A stretch of DNA of 64,000 nt from Mobula hypostoma. Lineage: Eukaryota. The DNA lies in NCBI RefSeq assembly GCF_963921235.1, contig NC_086109.1:28956001-29020000 (forward strand). The letters are read 5' to 3'. The notes under the pieces are model-generated. The model ran no database searches, was not told the origin of the DNA, and worked only from the letters and a program-made list of their open reading frames with translations. The translations under genes were made by a program, and so were the position numbers. This document shows, piece after piece, positions 1-12,293 of this stretch. Every line of letters begins with the position of its first letter. The stretch's first letter is position 1.

Positions 1-1092
1 AAAGGCATACATCAAGCACCAAGCGATAAAAAAAATATTGTATTGATTAATTTGCTTTGCTTTCTCATGATAGTTTATTCTGTATCTCCAATTTTTGGAT
101 AGTGAATTAAGAACTCTGTAAAGACAAATTTCTGTAACCCAAAAAGTTGTAATGCAGGTATCATCTGTGCTTGTCTCATCGTTCTTGGTGACAGAATGGA
201 TAGCTCAAGGAAATGCTGATGGAATAGCCTCACCAAATAACTCAGTGAATTTTGTAGATGGCACACTCTACAACTACGACTGCCCAGTGGAAGAGAAGGA
301 AATATAATAGCCAGTAGGATTCCAATCCACTCTGTTTGCTTTGTTCTAAATGGTGCTAACTTCCTGAGTACTGTTAGGACTATCTCTTCCAGGCAAGCAG
401 AGAGCAATTAATCAAGTCTCCTTGCTTGTGCATATAGATGAGAAAAAAGAGGTATTGGGGTGTCAGAAAATAAATTATTTACTGCAGGATATCCGGTCTC
501 TTGCTTACCACTGTGCATCTGCAACAAATACACATACGGCCGGTCCAGCTAATTAAAAAATGGTGACTCCAAGACACTGCTGGTTGGAGATTCAGTCATG
601 GCAAAGAGTGTTTTCTGATTATTTGTATTTGAGTTAGTACAATATTAGCAGTTCATTTGATAGTAGGAACTTTGAAGCCAAAACTCAACTCACGCATAAC
701 TGTTTTCCTGTATTTTCCAACAGGAGATATTTATGGTGATAAAGAGGATGAATCCATACCTATTTTTCCCCTTAAGATCAAAATTGCTTTGACTAACCGT
801 TATCCTCCTTCATTTGTATTGATTGAGTTCAAAGTAGAGAGTGAAACAGGATGAATCTCGGTCTGTATTGCTCAGTTTACTCAGCAATTAAACCAAAATT
901 GCAATGAAATGCTAAGAAAGGTGAAGCTGGAAATTGAAATTAGAAAGAAGTAATTCAGGATCTAGTTGGCTGATTTGACACAATTCCAATGAAGTTGAAG
1001 TGTTAACTGTACTTCTCTCCCTACGTATGTGTCTGATCTACCAAGCGTTTTCAGAAATTTCTGCCTTTATTTCAAAGGTAAAATATATTTCT

Positions 1093-1343
1093 TAAAAACA
1101 AGAGATTCTGCAGTTGATGGAAATCAAGAGTAGCATGTACAAAATACAGGAGGAACTCAGCAGGTCAGGCAGTATCTAGGAATAAAGAGTCAGTATTTCA
1201 GATGTCATGGTGCACATCAGCAGTGGTGCAAAAAGATATGCCTTTCTAACCCTATTGATGTGTCTAGCCTGAAATTTCAACTCTTTATTTCTCTCCATAG
1301 ATATTGCCTGACCTGCTGAGTTCCTGCAACATTTTTTGTGTAT
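1093..1343. mobile_element. Degenerate PLE pLTR-derived inverted-arm insertion
   Basis: Minus arm (..GGAGGAACTCAGCAGGTCAGGCAG..) and plus arm (..CCTGCTGAGTTCC..), ~45 bp filler; TSD TAAAAT(A/G)TATTTCT at 1079-1092 and 1344-1357. Confidence 0.7.
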
Positions 1344-2365
1344 TAAAATGTATTTCTCTGTTTTATTCACGTTTGTTTGTGTTGTATATAATTATGAACA
1401 ATGAAAACAGTTACGACCATTTTGCAATTGATTTATTCCCTCACATTTTGACTAACATATGGCATTCTTTAAGGACCTTGATCCATTTTCTTCACATCAA
1501 TTAATATATATATCAGATAAAAATTAAGGCATTATCTAAGTTGGATGAAATTCAAACTATCATTGCTGAGTTGCAGACAAGATGAACAGTCTTTTGGAAC
1601 AGTGAAATTTACTTCCATGAATTATCGTATTTTCAAAACTTAGTAGATATGTTTATATCTGGAGAATGGGGAGAAAACTTAACCTACATAAAGAGTAATT
1701 TTTTTTTAAACGTTTAAATCATTCCATTAAATCATGTCTGGAGATCAATTGTATTTTTTTCCCCTTGGTGCGCTAAAGTTCATTGCTCCAATCCAAGAAT
1801 ATGACTTAGTTGTTTAATAGGGTCTGGTATAGAGAGATAAGTCCATAGACTGGGATTAGGTAGGCAGATGGCAAATCCTGGGAGTGGCTGTGAGGGAGGC
1901 CAGCGATCCCAGATGCAGGAATGATCTGTCTCATCATATAGAAGTCTGATAAAATATCATATGCAATATGTGCAAGATTGTATTTTAAGAAGCATCTGAA
2001 TAAAGATGTATTTTTCAAACCTCTGTTTCATGTCTGAATGAACCACAACTATTTTAATAGTTAATTATTACTACAATTGGTTATTTAAAAAGAAATATTT
2101 CCTCCCCTTTTCCTCTAAATCACCACCAGCTGTTTGCCTTCATGATGGGGTATGTATGCAAGAAACAGCACTTTTCAGAGACACAAAATGATTTCTGCTT
2201 TACTTCCATTAATTTGTGGACAAAATAACAAAAGCTTTGGAGATAATTTGTTTTCACCCTTTTGAATCTGAGACACCATATTGCCTTGGTACTTTACAAA
2301 CTGAGGACAAACGAGACCAAAATGGACCAAACTTGGGGTGAGAGGAATAAAGAAGAGAAACAAAG

Positions 2366-2660
2366 TTCGATGTTCAAGGTAAATTTATTATCAAAGTGCA
2401 TATACATCACCATATACTACCCTCAGATTCAGTTTGTTGTGGTCATGTAAAGTAAATACAAAAAACAATGGAGTCAATGAAAAACCATACTCAACAAAGA
2501 CCGTCAAACAACTAATGTTGGAAGAGGCAACGAACTGTGCAAATAGAAAAAAAGAAAAACCAAACAAAATTGTCATAATAATATATAAATAAGCAATAAA
2601 TATCGAGCATATGAGTTGTAGAGTCATTGGAAGTGAGTTGATAAGTAACTGAAACAAAGA
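2366..2660 (-). mobile_element. LINE 3' UTR fragment (Rex1-type), related to 25935-26210
   Basis: Shares TATTATCAAA..TCACCA(T/C)ATAC..CTCAGATT/CTGAGATT..GAGTTGTAGAGTC..GAA(A)GT blocks with 25935-26210. Confidence 0.5.
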
Positions 2661-3104
2661 AATTAATGCCAGGGGAAGCCATTCAGCCCATGCTGAACTG
2701 CTGAAGACATAATTGAGATCTTCACTGAGGTTGAATTAATTGAGCCTGACAGTTTGAGCAAGCTGATATAAACATCGATACAGATTTTCTCATTAACCCA
2801 GGCTGCTTCAGCAAACTTGTCCTTTCAGCTGTCTGTTTCATAATCTTTGGCATTTCCCCTTATTCTTCCCCCTAGGAAATTATGGCTAGACAAACATTTA
2901 TTCCTGAACAATTTGTTATATTAAATGGGAATATCTGAGAGAATGTTTTCAAGAAGTTTTATTCAAAAAGAAGTCAGGAGACAGTTAAATCCAACTCCTG
3001 AGCACTGGTTCCAAAGCTCATCTTGTCGGAAAACTGGAAAAATGTTTTGATTCCATTGTGATGCTTTATTCAGAAGCAACTATTCACAGAAACATATCTT
3101 AAAG

Positions 3105-3378
3105 GCATACTGCACAGAAACAGGCCCTTTGACCCAGCAAGTCTGTGCTAACCCATTAAAACTAATTCTGTATTAACTTCATTTTTTAAAATTCTCTCTA
3201 CATCCTCATCAATTTCCCCATCATCACCACTCCAGATTCTGCCACTCAACCTGCACACTCAGAACAACCTCCAGTGACCAATTAATCTACCAATGAGGAT
3301 AAGGAAGGAATCAGGAGCACCTAGAGGAAACACACAGTGAGAACAGGTGGACACTCCACTGGGAGTACTAGAGGTCAG
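3105..3378 (-). mobile_element. V-domain tRNA-derived SINE (HE1-like), degenerate
   Basis: Reverse complement of the V-SINE core (GGAGCACCTAGAGGAAACACACA..ACTCCAC); similar to 50150-50390 and 61050-61365. Confidence 0.55.
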
Positions 3379-3381
3379 AAC

Positions 3382-4250
3382 TGCAACACACACAAAATGC
3401 TGGAAGAGCTCAGCAGGTCAGGCAGCATCGATAGAAATGAATAAATAGTCAAAGTTTCGGGCCAAGACCCTTCTTCAGGACTGAGGAGGAAGAGAGAAGA
3501 TGCCAGAACAAAAAGGTGGGGGGAGGGGAAGGAGGTTAGCTGGAAGGGGATAGGTGAAGCCAGGAGGGTGGGAGAGATCAAGGGCTGGAGAAGAATGAAT
3601 CTTATGGGAGAGAAGAGTGAACCATATGAGTAAGGAAGGGAACTGGGAACCCAGGGGGGAGTAATAGGCAGGTGAGAAAAGGTAAGAGGCCCAAGTGGGA
3701 AACTGAAGAATGTTAATGAGTGCATAATTTATTTTTTCAGTTTTACAGGAGACAAGATGGGAAGAGGTAGAGGCATGATAACGATGGGAATCGATAGTTT
3801 TGTAAAAGAAGTCTGTCGACAGTTTGTCTCCAGAGATAGTCAGAGAGATTGAGAAAGAGGAGGGAGATGTCAAAATGGACCAAATGAGTTTCAAGGCGGG
3901 AGGGAAGCTAGAGGCAAATTTGATGAAATTGACGAGCTCAGCAAGAGAGCCTGAAGAAGTCCTAATGCAGTCATCAATGTAGCGCAGGAAGAGCTGGGGA
4001 GCATTACCGGGGAAGGCTTGGAACATAAACTCTTCTATCAGCCAATGAAAAGGCAGGCATAGCTGGGACCCATGTAGGTGCCCATGGCTACCCCTCAAGT
4101 TGAAGAAAGTAAGAGGAGCTGAAGGAAGAACTGCTCACGGTGAGGACCAGTTCTGCAGACACAAGAGGGTGGTGGTAGGGGGAAACTGGTTAGTTCAGTT
4201 ATTGAGAAAGAAGCAAAGACCTTTGAGGCCTTGTTGAACGGGAATAGAGG
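3382..4250 (-). mobile_element. PLE fragment: RT region joined to pLTR, GIY-YIG deleted
   Basis: ORF 3475-4098 has PLE RT motifs (FLRYIDDC, LSTDFFYK..SHRY); pLTR with mutated hammerhead at ~3447-3484. Confidence 0.85.
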
Positions 4251-6735
4251 TGAGCAGTTTCTTATTTGTTGTACTTGCATATTTCTCTATACCATTATTG
4301 CATGCAATACCCAAGATGATCCCTAATCTGAATTTTCCACTCACAGGACAGAGTTGTGAACAAGCCTCTGAGGTGAAAATCAAATTTTAGGCCTCATATT
4401 TCTGATATGTACAAATTTTTAATGCATCTAAGAATTTGTTCTATAAGCTGACAGAAAGGTAGCAGCTGGAAAATATGATAATTGTCAAGTGATTTTCAAG
4501 TGATTTGCTTTATCTACTCTGTAGAAATGTCACAAACTGCTGCTGACATTTCAGCAAGACTGAATTACGATCACTGATGCTTTCCATAATAATAGTCCTT
4601 ATAACTGCAGAAATAAATTATGCACTCACTAACATGCATAATCCTCACTGCACATAACTGTAATAAGAAACCAAAAATTATTGTCATTGGCCATTTTTTT
4701 TAACTTGGCACTCAATAAAGGGTAGAGGACGAAAACTAATATTTATTCACAATAAACAAGATTACAGAAAGACTAAGTTATATTCAGTAATAGGATTGTT
4801 ATGAAATTTATTCCAGGGAATTCAAAAATAAAGCAGAACTCTCTACAGCAAAATCTGTTTTTGTGCAAAAGAGCATCTTTAGTGAACTACTAAATTAAAG
4901 ATGCAAGGTAGTTTCTACTAAACGACAATATAATTTATCCTTTTATATTATTAATTAAAATATTCTCTTCCTAATTTTTTCCTTCTCTTTGCCCTGTTAG
5001 TAGGATCTTTACATCAGTTTTGCTGGAGCTTCAGTAAAATTTCCAGGTGAATATCTGTCAACAGAACAATTTTGCTCCTGGAGCTAGCATAGGCCTCCTG
5101 GATGCGTCTCCTTCATGCATTATCTGGATAGCGTTGATGTGGCAATTCTGCAATTTTCTCCTTCACTGGATGTGGGTCCAACGGCAAGCGAATGATTTTG
5201 CTCTGTCTTGAGATGATCTGTAAGTCAATTGCCATGTGCGAACCAACAAGGAACTCTGAAGTCAATTATACCTCGTTCACCACTATTGTGCCATACACTT
5301 GCCTTTGAAGAAAGAATTTTAGCTGATAAAGGTACTTCATTGTAATTCTCTGTCCCAGGTAATCTCATAATAACATTCAAAAATCAAATTTCAGCTGGTC
5401 CAATGTTGCAGAGAATCACTAATGCTTAAGTATTAGAAATGATACCAAGACATCTCACATTATATTCTGAAAAGTAATCTAATCCTGGGGTTCAGAAGGC
5501 AATCATAAATAACTTAAGCAGTCACATTATTGAACCCCTTAACCAGATTATTGATTTATCCTGGCAACTCTCCAGTATCCTCTGTTGGTTGGAGATGCCG
5601 TTCACTGTAATTGACATTTCAGAAAATATGAATAATATTCTGCTAAACCTATAGAAGGTTCAGTGCTGCTGATATAGGAGTGTTGGGAAGGTGAAAGCTA
5701 TTTACCAAAAGACAATAATGAGCCTAAAAGGCAGCATGTTAGCTCTTCCATCACACTGTGATTAGTTCTGAGATGCAGGAGGTTTCCTATTGCCCTACAA
5801 AAAAATATATATATATATGGCTGAATATATCTTCCCACATACAGAAATGCTGCCAATCTGTTGCGAGAAATTCAGCACATTTTAGCCCTTATGGTCATTC
5901 ACCCACCATGTGGAAAATATGTAAATACAAGCTTGTGCTTGAGTTGTTGACTATTTTACTTTTGAAATATGTTTCATTCTTTTAATTATTAAAATCTATC
6001 TGAAAAGATTTTCAATATCGGGGATTAACAGGGGCATTTTTGAAAGTGCTCAAGTGTCTGAAGTTCTGAGAGCAGGGTCAGAATGGGCTTTGATGCCACT
6101 GTGGCTTGGCTTCATCTGATGCAGGTTGGACCCATGCATCCGTACCAGATCAGTACAGACATGGGCACAGCAAGGCTAAGATAGATAGTCAAACAGTCAC
6201 TGATTTTGTGATTAGCATTTTGTTCAGAGTAAAACGTGTGACAAACTGATAGTTGTCATATGGAATTGTAATGGCTATGAGAATGTATGAAAAATGAAGA
6301 TTCAGAATGCATCCCACTTAATGTGTTAAATTGTAAGATCCTCATAGAGGTGAAAGAAACCATTTGTAACTAGCAAATTGTGTGGGGCGGCATTGGGAGG
6401 AAGGGTGATTTATAAAAATCTTATCTCTTTTCATCTTTTTTTTCTTTTGCAGTCGAAGTTCATATCACTTCTATGAATCAATAGGCACCAAAAGAGTTGT
6501 GTGTTTTTTTTCATGAAGAACAGCAGGGATAAGCCAGGAAGCTATATATCAATGATTCTTGCAACAGTCATGGAAAAGTTATTGGAAAGGATGCTAAGAG
6601 GTAGGATTGATTTGGATTTTGAAAGGCAAAGCCTGATCAAGGGTAGACAACATAGCATCATGCATGGGAAGTCATGTTTCATGAATCTGGTTGATTTTTT
6701 GAACAGGTGACCAAGATGAGGGCAGGATGGTAACT

Positions 6736-6882
6736 GGAGTCACAAGACTACAGATGCTGGAATCTGGAGCAACAATCAATCTACTGGAAGAACTCAACAA
6801 TTCAAGCATCTTGTCCAAACTGGAACTTTGACAATTCCTTTCATCTCACGGATGCTCCCGGACTCACAGAGTGCTGTTGTTG
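6736..6882. mobile_element. Old PLE pLTR-derived inverted-arm insertion inside CR1
   Basis: CAGATGCTGGAATC..GCAACA..GAACTCA arm plus an opposite arm ending TGTTGC; degenerate TSD CAGGAT(G/A)GT(A/T)A(C/T)T at 6723-6735 and 6883-6895. Confidence 0.55.
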
Positions 6883-7347
6883 CAGGATAGTTATTGTTTG
6901 CATGGACTTTAGCAAGGTCTTTGACAAGGTCTGGCACGGTAGTTTAAACTAGGGTCCAGGAAGAGTTTACTAACTGGATACAAATTTGGCTCGGTGTGGG
7001 AGGAAGGAGGTAGAACTGGATTGTTTTTTCAGATTAGGGGTCTATAACCAGTGATGTGCCATAGGGATTGGTGTGGGGTTCTCTGTTGTTTGTCATCTAT
7101 ATTAATGATTTGGATGAACATATAGGTGGAATAATTAATAAGTATGCTGATGGCATCTAATTTGGACATTGAAGTAGGTTGTCTAAGATTACAATACGTT
7201 ATGCGTAGATCAACTGGAAATGTGGGAAAGGAAATGACAGAATTTAAACCATACAAGTGCAAAGTGATGCTTTATGGGAAGTTAAACCAAGTTTGGATAC
7301 ACAATGAACGGCTGGGCCATGAAGAGCGTTGTTAAACAGAAAAACCT

Positions 7348-7672
7348 TGTCAGACCTCCAGAAACTGGCACCTCCAAGTTTCCATCAAGTTAGTAGGAGT
7401 CACCTGGAACTCGTTTTGAGCTCATTACCTGCAGCCTATTTAAACCCAGCTCACATTCAAAGCTTTTGTTCACTCATCGAACCATCCTGTCTCAACCAGT
7501 TTCTCCTAACTTTCAGTTACCTTGTTGCCTGTGGTGTTTAGTATCTGTTCTCTCTTACTTTGTGGCCCCAGCGGCCAGTTATTTTGCAGTTTATTTTTTA
7601 AAGTCATCACTCACCACAAAATTGTCTCCACTTCTCAGCATTTCAGTCAAGACTCCTTTACATTTCCTGACA
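7348..7672. mobile_element. Solo LTR of an LTR retrotransposon
   Basis: TGTCAG...CTGACA termini, perfect 5-bp TSD AACCT (7343-7347, 7673-7677), internal TATTTAAA, interrupts CR1. Confidence 0.8.
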
Positions 7673-8135
7673 AACCTTGGAGTACATGCACAGTACTGTA
7701 GTAATTTTATCTATTACACTATAGTGCTGCTGCAAAAACAAATTTCATCATCCATGTGAGTGATGATAAACCTGCAGGAAGCACCAGAGAGACATTTTTT
7801 AATGATCTATAAACCAATTGTTTGGAATCAGATGAACTCGCCTGGCATGTGTCTGCACCCACACTACCCCCCAAGCCCCGGCATTCCTTCTCTACTACCT
7901 GTCCCTCACCCCTCCTACAGTGCCCCACCCTCGCCATTACCCACATCCTTTGCTCCTGCCAGATTTACAAACTTGCTCTCCACTCCACTATGACAAATAC
8001 AGGCAAGTAAGGTGAACATAATGGCCAGCATTGGTGTAGTTAGCCAAAGGATCTGTTCTATGCTTTATGAGTCAATGAATTCAGGAATTAAAGTGTTTAC
8101 TTCAAAATGGCATCATATGCATCAACCCACTGAGC

Positions 8136-8369
8136 CCTGATGAAGGATTTCGGCCCAAACCTTTGACTGTTCTTTTATTCTCTATAGATGCTGCCTGTAG
8201 AGAGTAATGGTCCTGAAAAATGTTGTCTCGTTTTTATTGTGTATTATACCAGCCGTTATGGTCGAAATGACAATAAAAAGTGACGACTTGACTAATCTAC
8301 TGAGTTCCTTTAGCACTTTTATGTGTTTTCCTCAAGATGTCCAGCATCTGGAGAATCTCTTGTATTTAT
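8136..8369 (+). mobile_element. Single PLE pLTR starting at the hammerhead core, with a nested LINE 3' end (~8197-8293)
   Basis: Starts CCTGATGAAGG; TSD AACCCACTGA at 8124-8133 and 8370-8379; nested piece ends AATAAAAAGTGACGACTTGACT. Confidence 0.75.
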
Positions 8370-10769
8370 AACCCACTGATCAGCAGTTAATCAATTTGTA
8401 CTCTTAAAAAGTATTTCATTGTCTGTAAATCTGTCTGACTCCTTGGAAGAGAAGGAAAATCTTTCTTCCTCATATTCTCATATCACTGAGAATATGAATT
8501 AAAATCCTTCTATTCTGGCTCCTCCAGTATTTTGTGTTTTGATTCCTTTGCCTGTGGATTTGCAAGTGCATAATAGTGGATATTCGCACCTTGGCATTTG
8601 CAAATACATTTTAGTCAAAAACAGGTAAGTAAAGACCAATATTAAAACAGAAAATATTATACAAAATTAATATAGGGAAAATGGATGTATTAGGAAGTCA
8701 ACAAGATATTTTCCATACCTGCGTGTGATGAGCTGTGGATTTTGTTTACGCAGACATGGAAAAGAGTCCAGACTTCTACCCGCTAGGTGGTGAGCTTTGC
8801 CAGTCTAAGCCAAAGGTGTCAAAGAGAATGGACTTCCAAGAGAATGAATCCCCTTTTTCAATGGCACTTATGTTTTCTGGTGCACAAAGATCACATAGGA
8901 TCTTAGTGAACTGAATTTCCCCAACTTTTCAAAAAATGGTGGTTGTGATGATGTATATGTAGCATGTTTTTCTGGTGAATGTGAGAATGTTTATTAGTGT
9001 ATAATGCTTATGAGGTCAATACCTACTTACCTATTTATTATCTTTATATTTTAATGTTTAATATTTTTAACATGTTCTTCTTTCCTTATTTTTATTAAGT
9101 TGTGCAATATCGGTCTTCTGTTTTTAAATGATGGGAAACCCTCAAGGGTCTAATGTTTATATTGGGAATAACAACTTGGCAACTGTTGTTGTCACAGACA
9201 GCAGCCAAGGTATATTCCTTAGTTGTTGCCAAGCACATTTTGGAAAGAACAAAATCAAGTGAAGTTTGATTTGTTTAACAATCACTATGGATATATTCTA
9301 TTCACAACCATTTCAAAAAGATAATAAGTCTCAGATAATTAAAAAAAAACTTCCAAAGGTAAAAATAATTTTCTGATAAAATTATGCTAAAATAATTATG
9401 AAGAATCTTGCTTAACCTACCAACTAACTGATCCAGATTATAGGTTCTGTCAAAATTAGGCATCCGTTTTTCATAATTTATTTTTTATATGAAGGATTCA
9501 AATGAAGCCACTCCTTTGAAAATACTTTATTCTGTGGTTTTAAAAGCATCTGTGACTTGGCTCAATAGCAGATTTTTTTTTCTTTCACAACCCAACTAAA
9601 CTCTGAAACTTCAACTGCTTCTATGGATTTTGGCACAGTTTTGATAAATATGGTTGGATATAATTATGCCTTTAATTGTTAAAATTCAAAATCTCATTAA
9701 ATCTTTGAGTGCTTTCCATTGCAAATTTTCAAATACGCCCTAAATTTCTATTTATTGCTGTACAGCTATCTCTTTCATGTGTGTATAATTTTGTTTTTAG
9801 AATCCTTGTATTCTCATCTGAGAATCAGATCTGGTAAATGTAGGATAATGAGAGCCACTTTAAGTTAACATTATGAACTCTTATTAATATCTGACCTGAT
9901 TCCTTATATAACTCTTGGCCCCTAATTCTTTTCCCCTGACAATGAAACCTGCTGAAGATCCAACACTTTATAAAAATGATCATGCTTTGCATGACAACTT
10001 AGAAATTTAGGGTGAAATTCTTTATTTAATGAAAAGTAGAGGAAATACTTCCTTTTTTTTATAACTGATGGTGTGTTATCATGTTCCCAAAAATTGCAAA
10101 GCCAAGTACCCATGCAATTCTGTTAATGGGTAATGAATTACTGAACAAAAAAATGTATTTTCTCATTACTTTTTGTTAAAGAAATGTCATTGGCCATTCT
10201 ATCACTGGAGGCAGAGTGCAGAGAAATCCCATTTTCGTTCAATATCCATGCATACTTCAGGCATGCATCACTAGATAGTAATTAGGAGCAAGACAGTAGA
10301 TATCCTTCCACCTTTTTTTAATCCCTTACTGTCCCAGTTTTACGACCTCTATCAAACAAGCTTCAAGATGGAAAGATTTGAGAAGGGGTGGACAGAACAA
10401 ACCCAAAGCATGTGACAGAGTGGAGATGAGGAGAATTTGAATGATAAAGTGTCAGGCATTTGGAAGCTGAGGGTCAAATCTGCACACTAAGTGCTGATGT
10501 TCTGCAGAGCAATCACCCAATTAGTGTAAGATTTTTTCCAGTGTGTGGAGATCAGGTTATAAGTACTGAATTTAGTTCACGAAATTGGAAGTACAGGCAG
10601 GTTTCAAAGTAATTTTAAACTATTATTAGTACAGTTGCATAATTAACACTGCTTATTTAATCCAATAGTGTTGTTTGCATCTTACCCATACACTACATCA
10701 GTCAGTGTGTTCATTTCTGAGGACAAATAAATGACTGCTTCACCTGGCAGGAGTTATTGAGTCCGTGGG

Positions 10770-11340
10770 TGCTATGAAGGAAAGAGATAAATTGCACCTG
10801 TATTCCCTCCATAACTCCCAGCTTCACTCTTCCATCTTCACCAACACCCACTCACTGCATTTTCCCATGTAACTGCAGATCAAAGAGCTGATCTTCTTTC
10901 CAACTAATGACCCAAGTACTCCATCCACAGGTTGTAACAATTCATTTGTACTTCTCCATTTTTGCATCCTGCATTCATTGCTCTTAACGTGTCTCCCCTG
11001 CACCAGCAAATCCAGACTAATCATTTTGCAGACCATTGCCGTTCAGTTCATGAGGATGATTCAGTTATCTGCCATGTTAATTTTCCATCCCACTCCCATC
11101 TAACCTCTCTGTCTTAGCTACCTGGGTTGTTCCAACAAAGACCAGTCTAAGACTGGGCCTCTTAGTTCTCCTGGATTTCAATATCCAATTCAACAATTTG
11201 AGATAACCAGTCTTTCCATCCTGTTATCATCACTCAGTAATACAAATTCTATTTTTTTTCAGCAGAAGCTGTTCAACCAGCTGAATATTTCCAGGATTCT
11301 CTCTTATTTCAGATTTCTAGCAACTGCAGTATATTACATT
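10770..11340 (+). mobile_element. Ancient PLE remnant (GIY-YIG region and pLTR end)
   Basis: Weak similarity to the GIY-YIG region at 33380-33800 and a pLTR-type end ATTTCAGATTTCTAGCAACTGCAG. Confidence 0.4.
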
Positions 11341-11387
11341 TCACAGAGTATCTTTTCTCTTTTGAATTCTGCCTTCAATATTTCCTG

Positions 11388-12293
11388 CAACACACATCAA
11401 AGTTGCTGGTGAACGCAGCAGGCCAGGCAGCATCTATAGGAAGAGGCGCAGTCGACGTTTCAGGCCGAGACCCTTCGTCAGGGTCTGTGACTACTACTAC
11501 TATTACTACTACTAAAGTTTGACAGCTGATACAGTGCAAGTTGACAATAAGGTGCAAGATCATAATGAGGTAGATTGTGATGATAAGAGTACAGTTTATC
11601 ATTTCAGGGAACCATTGAATAGTCTTAAAACAATAGGTAGAAGCTTTCATTGCTTTGCGGCACATGCGTTTAAGCTTTTGCATCTTCCACCTCACGAAAG
11701 AGTGAACAAAGAATGACTGGGGTGGATGGGGTCTACGATTATGCTGGCTGCTTTACTGAGGCTGTGAGAAGTATAGCCGGACTCCATAGAAGATTCTGTG
11801 ATACTGTGAGCTGTGCCCACAGCTCTTTCCAGTTTCTCGAGATCATGGACAGAGCAGTTGCCATACCAAGCCCTGAATAACATGTTTCCATGCTCTATCC
11901 TCTCCACATAATGAAAGCCCCTCATTTCTGAAATTAATTTCTGAAAACTTGTCTGCACTGTAAAGGCTATCACATCCTCCCCAAGAATGGTGGTTGGAAT
12001 TGGTCGCATTAACTTACAAGTGGCCAAACTGAGGTTCATCACAGCTTTCTCTTTCACTCGTTCCCTCTATTTATAAAACCCACAATTACATGCATTCTTT
12101 CATTCCATTCCCAACCTGCTCAGCCACTTTTACTCTTACTAACTCTTCCTTCAGTTAGTCCTGACGAAGGGTCTCGGCCTGAAACGTCGACTGCGCCTCT
12201 TCCTATAGATGCTGCCTGGCCTGCTGCGTTCACCAGCAACTTTGATGTGTGTTGCTTGAATTTCCAGCATCTGCAGAATTCCTGTTGTTTGCG
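11388..12293. mobile_element. Young PLE inverted-arm insertion enclosing ~650 bp of unrelated DNA
   Basis: 96-bp perfect inverted arms (11387-11482 and 12160-12255), 38-nt tail, perfect TSD TTCAATATTTCCTG (11374-11387, 12294-12307). Confidence 0.9.
12156..12193 (+). ncRNA. Minimal type I hammerhead ribozyme (PLE-type)
   Basis: Stem I TAGTC/GACTG; CTGACGA-A; stem II GGGT-CTCG-GCCT; GAAACGTC with palindromic ACGT stem III; predicted cleavage after C12188. Confidence 0.85.

Larger units (their letters stand above)
6500..7690 (+). mobile_element. CR1 LINE RT fragment, interrupted twice
   Basis: DKPGSY..KLLERMLR..GKSCFMNL, MDFSKVFDKV, SDVP*G..LFVIYINDLDE; resumes after the inserts at 6736-6882 and 7348-7672. 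Confidence 0.85.

Noticed and set aside
75..407. 110-aa minus-strand ORF
   Set aside because: Non-ATG start, no recognisable motif and no convincing splice context.
8779..8795. CTCF-like motif CCGCTAGGTGGTG
   Set aside because: A single imperfect motif is expected by chance in 64 kb.
11388..12293. Reading the inverted-arm units as MITEs or DNA transposons
   Set aside because: The arms are asymmetric (tail), TSD length varies, and the same sequence is attached to PLE RT and GIY-YIG coding DNA.
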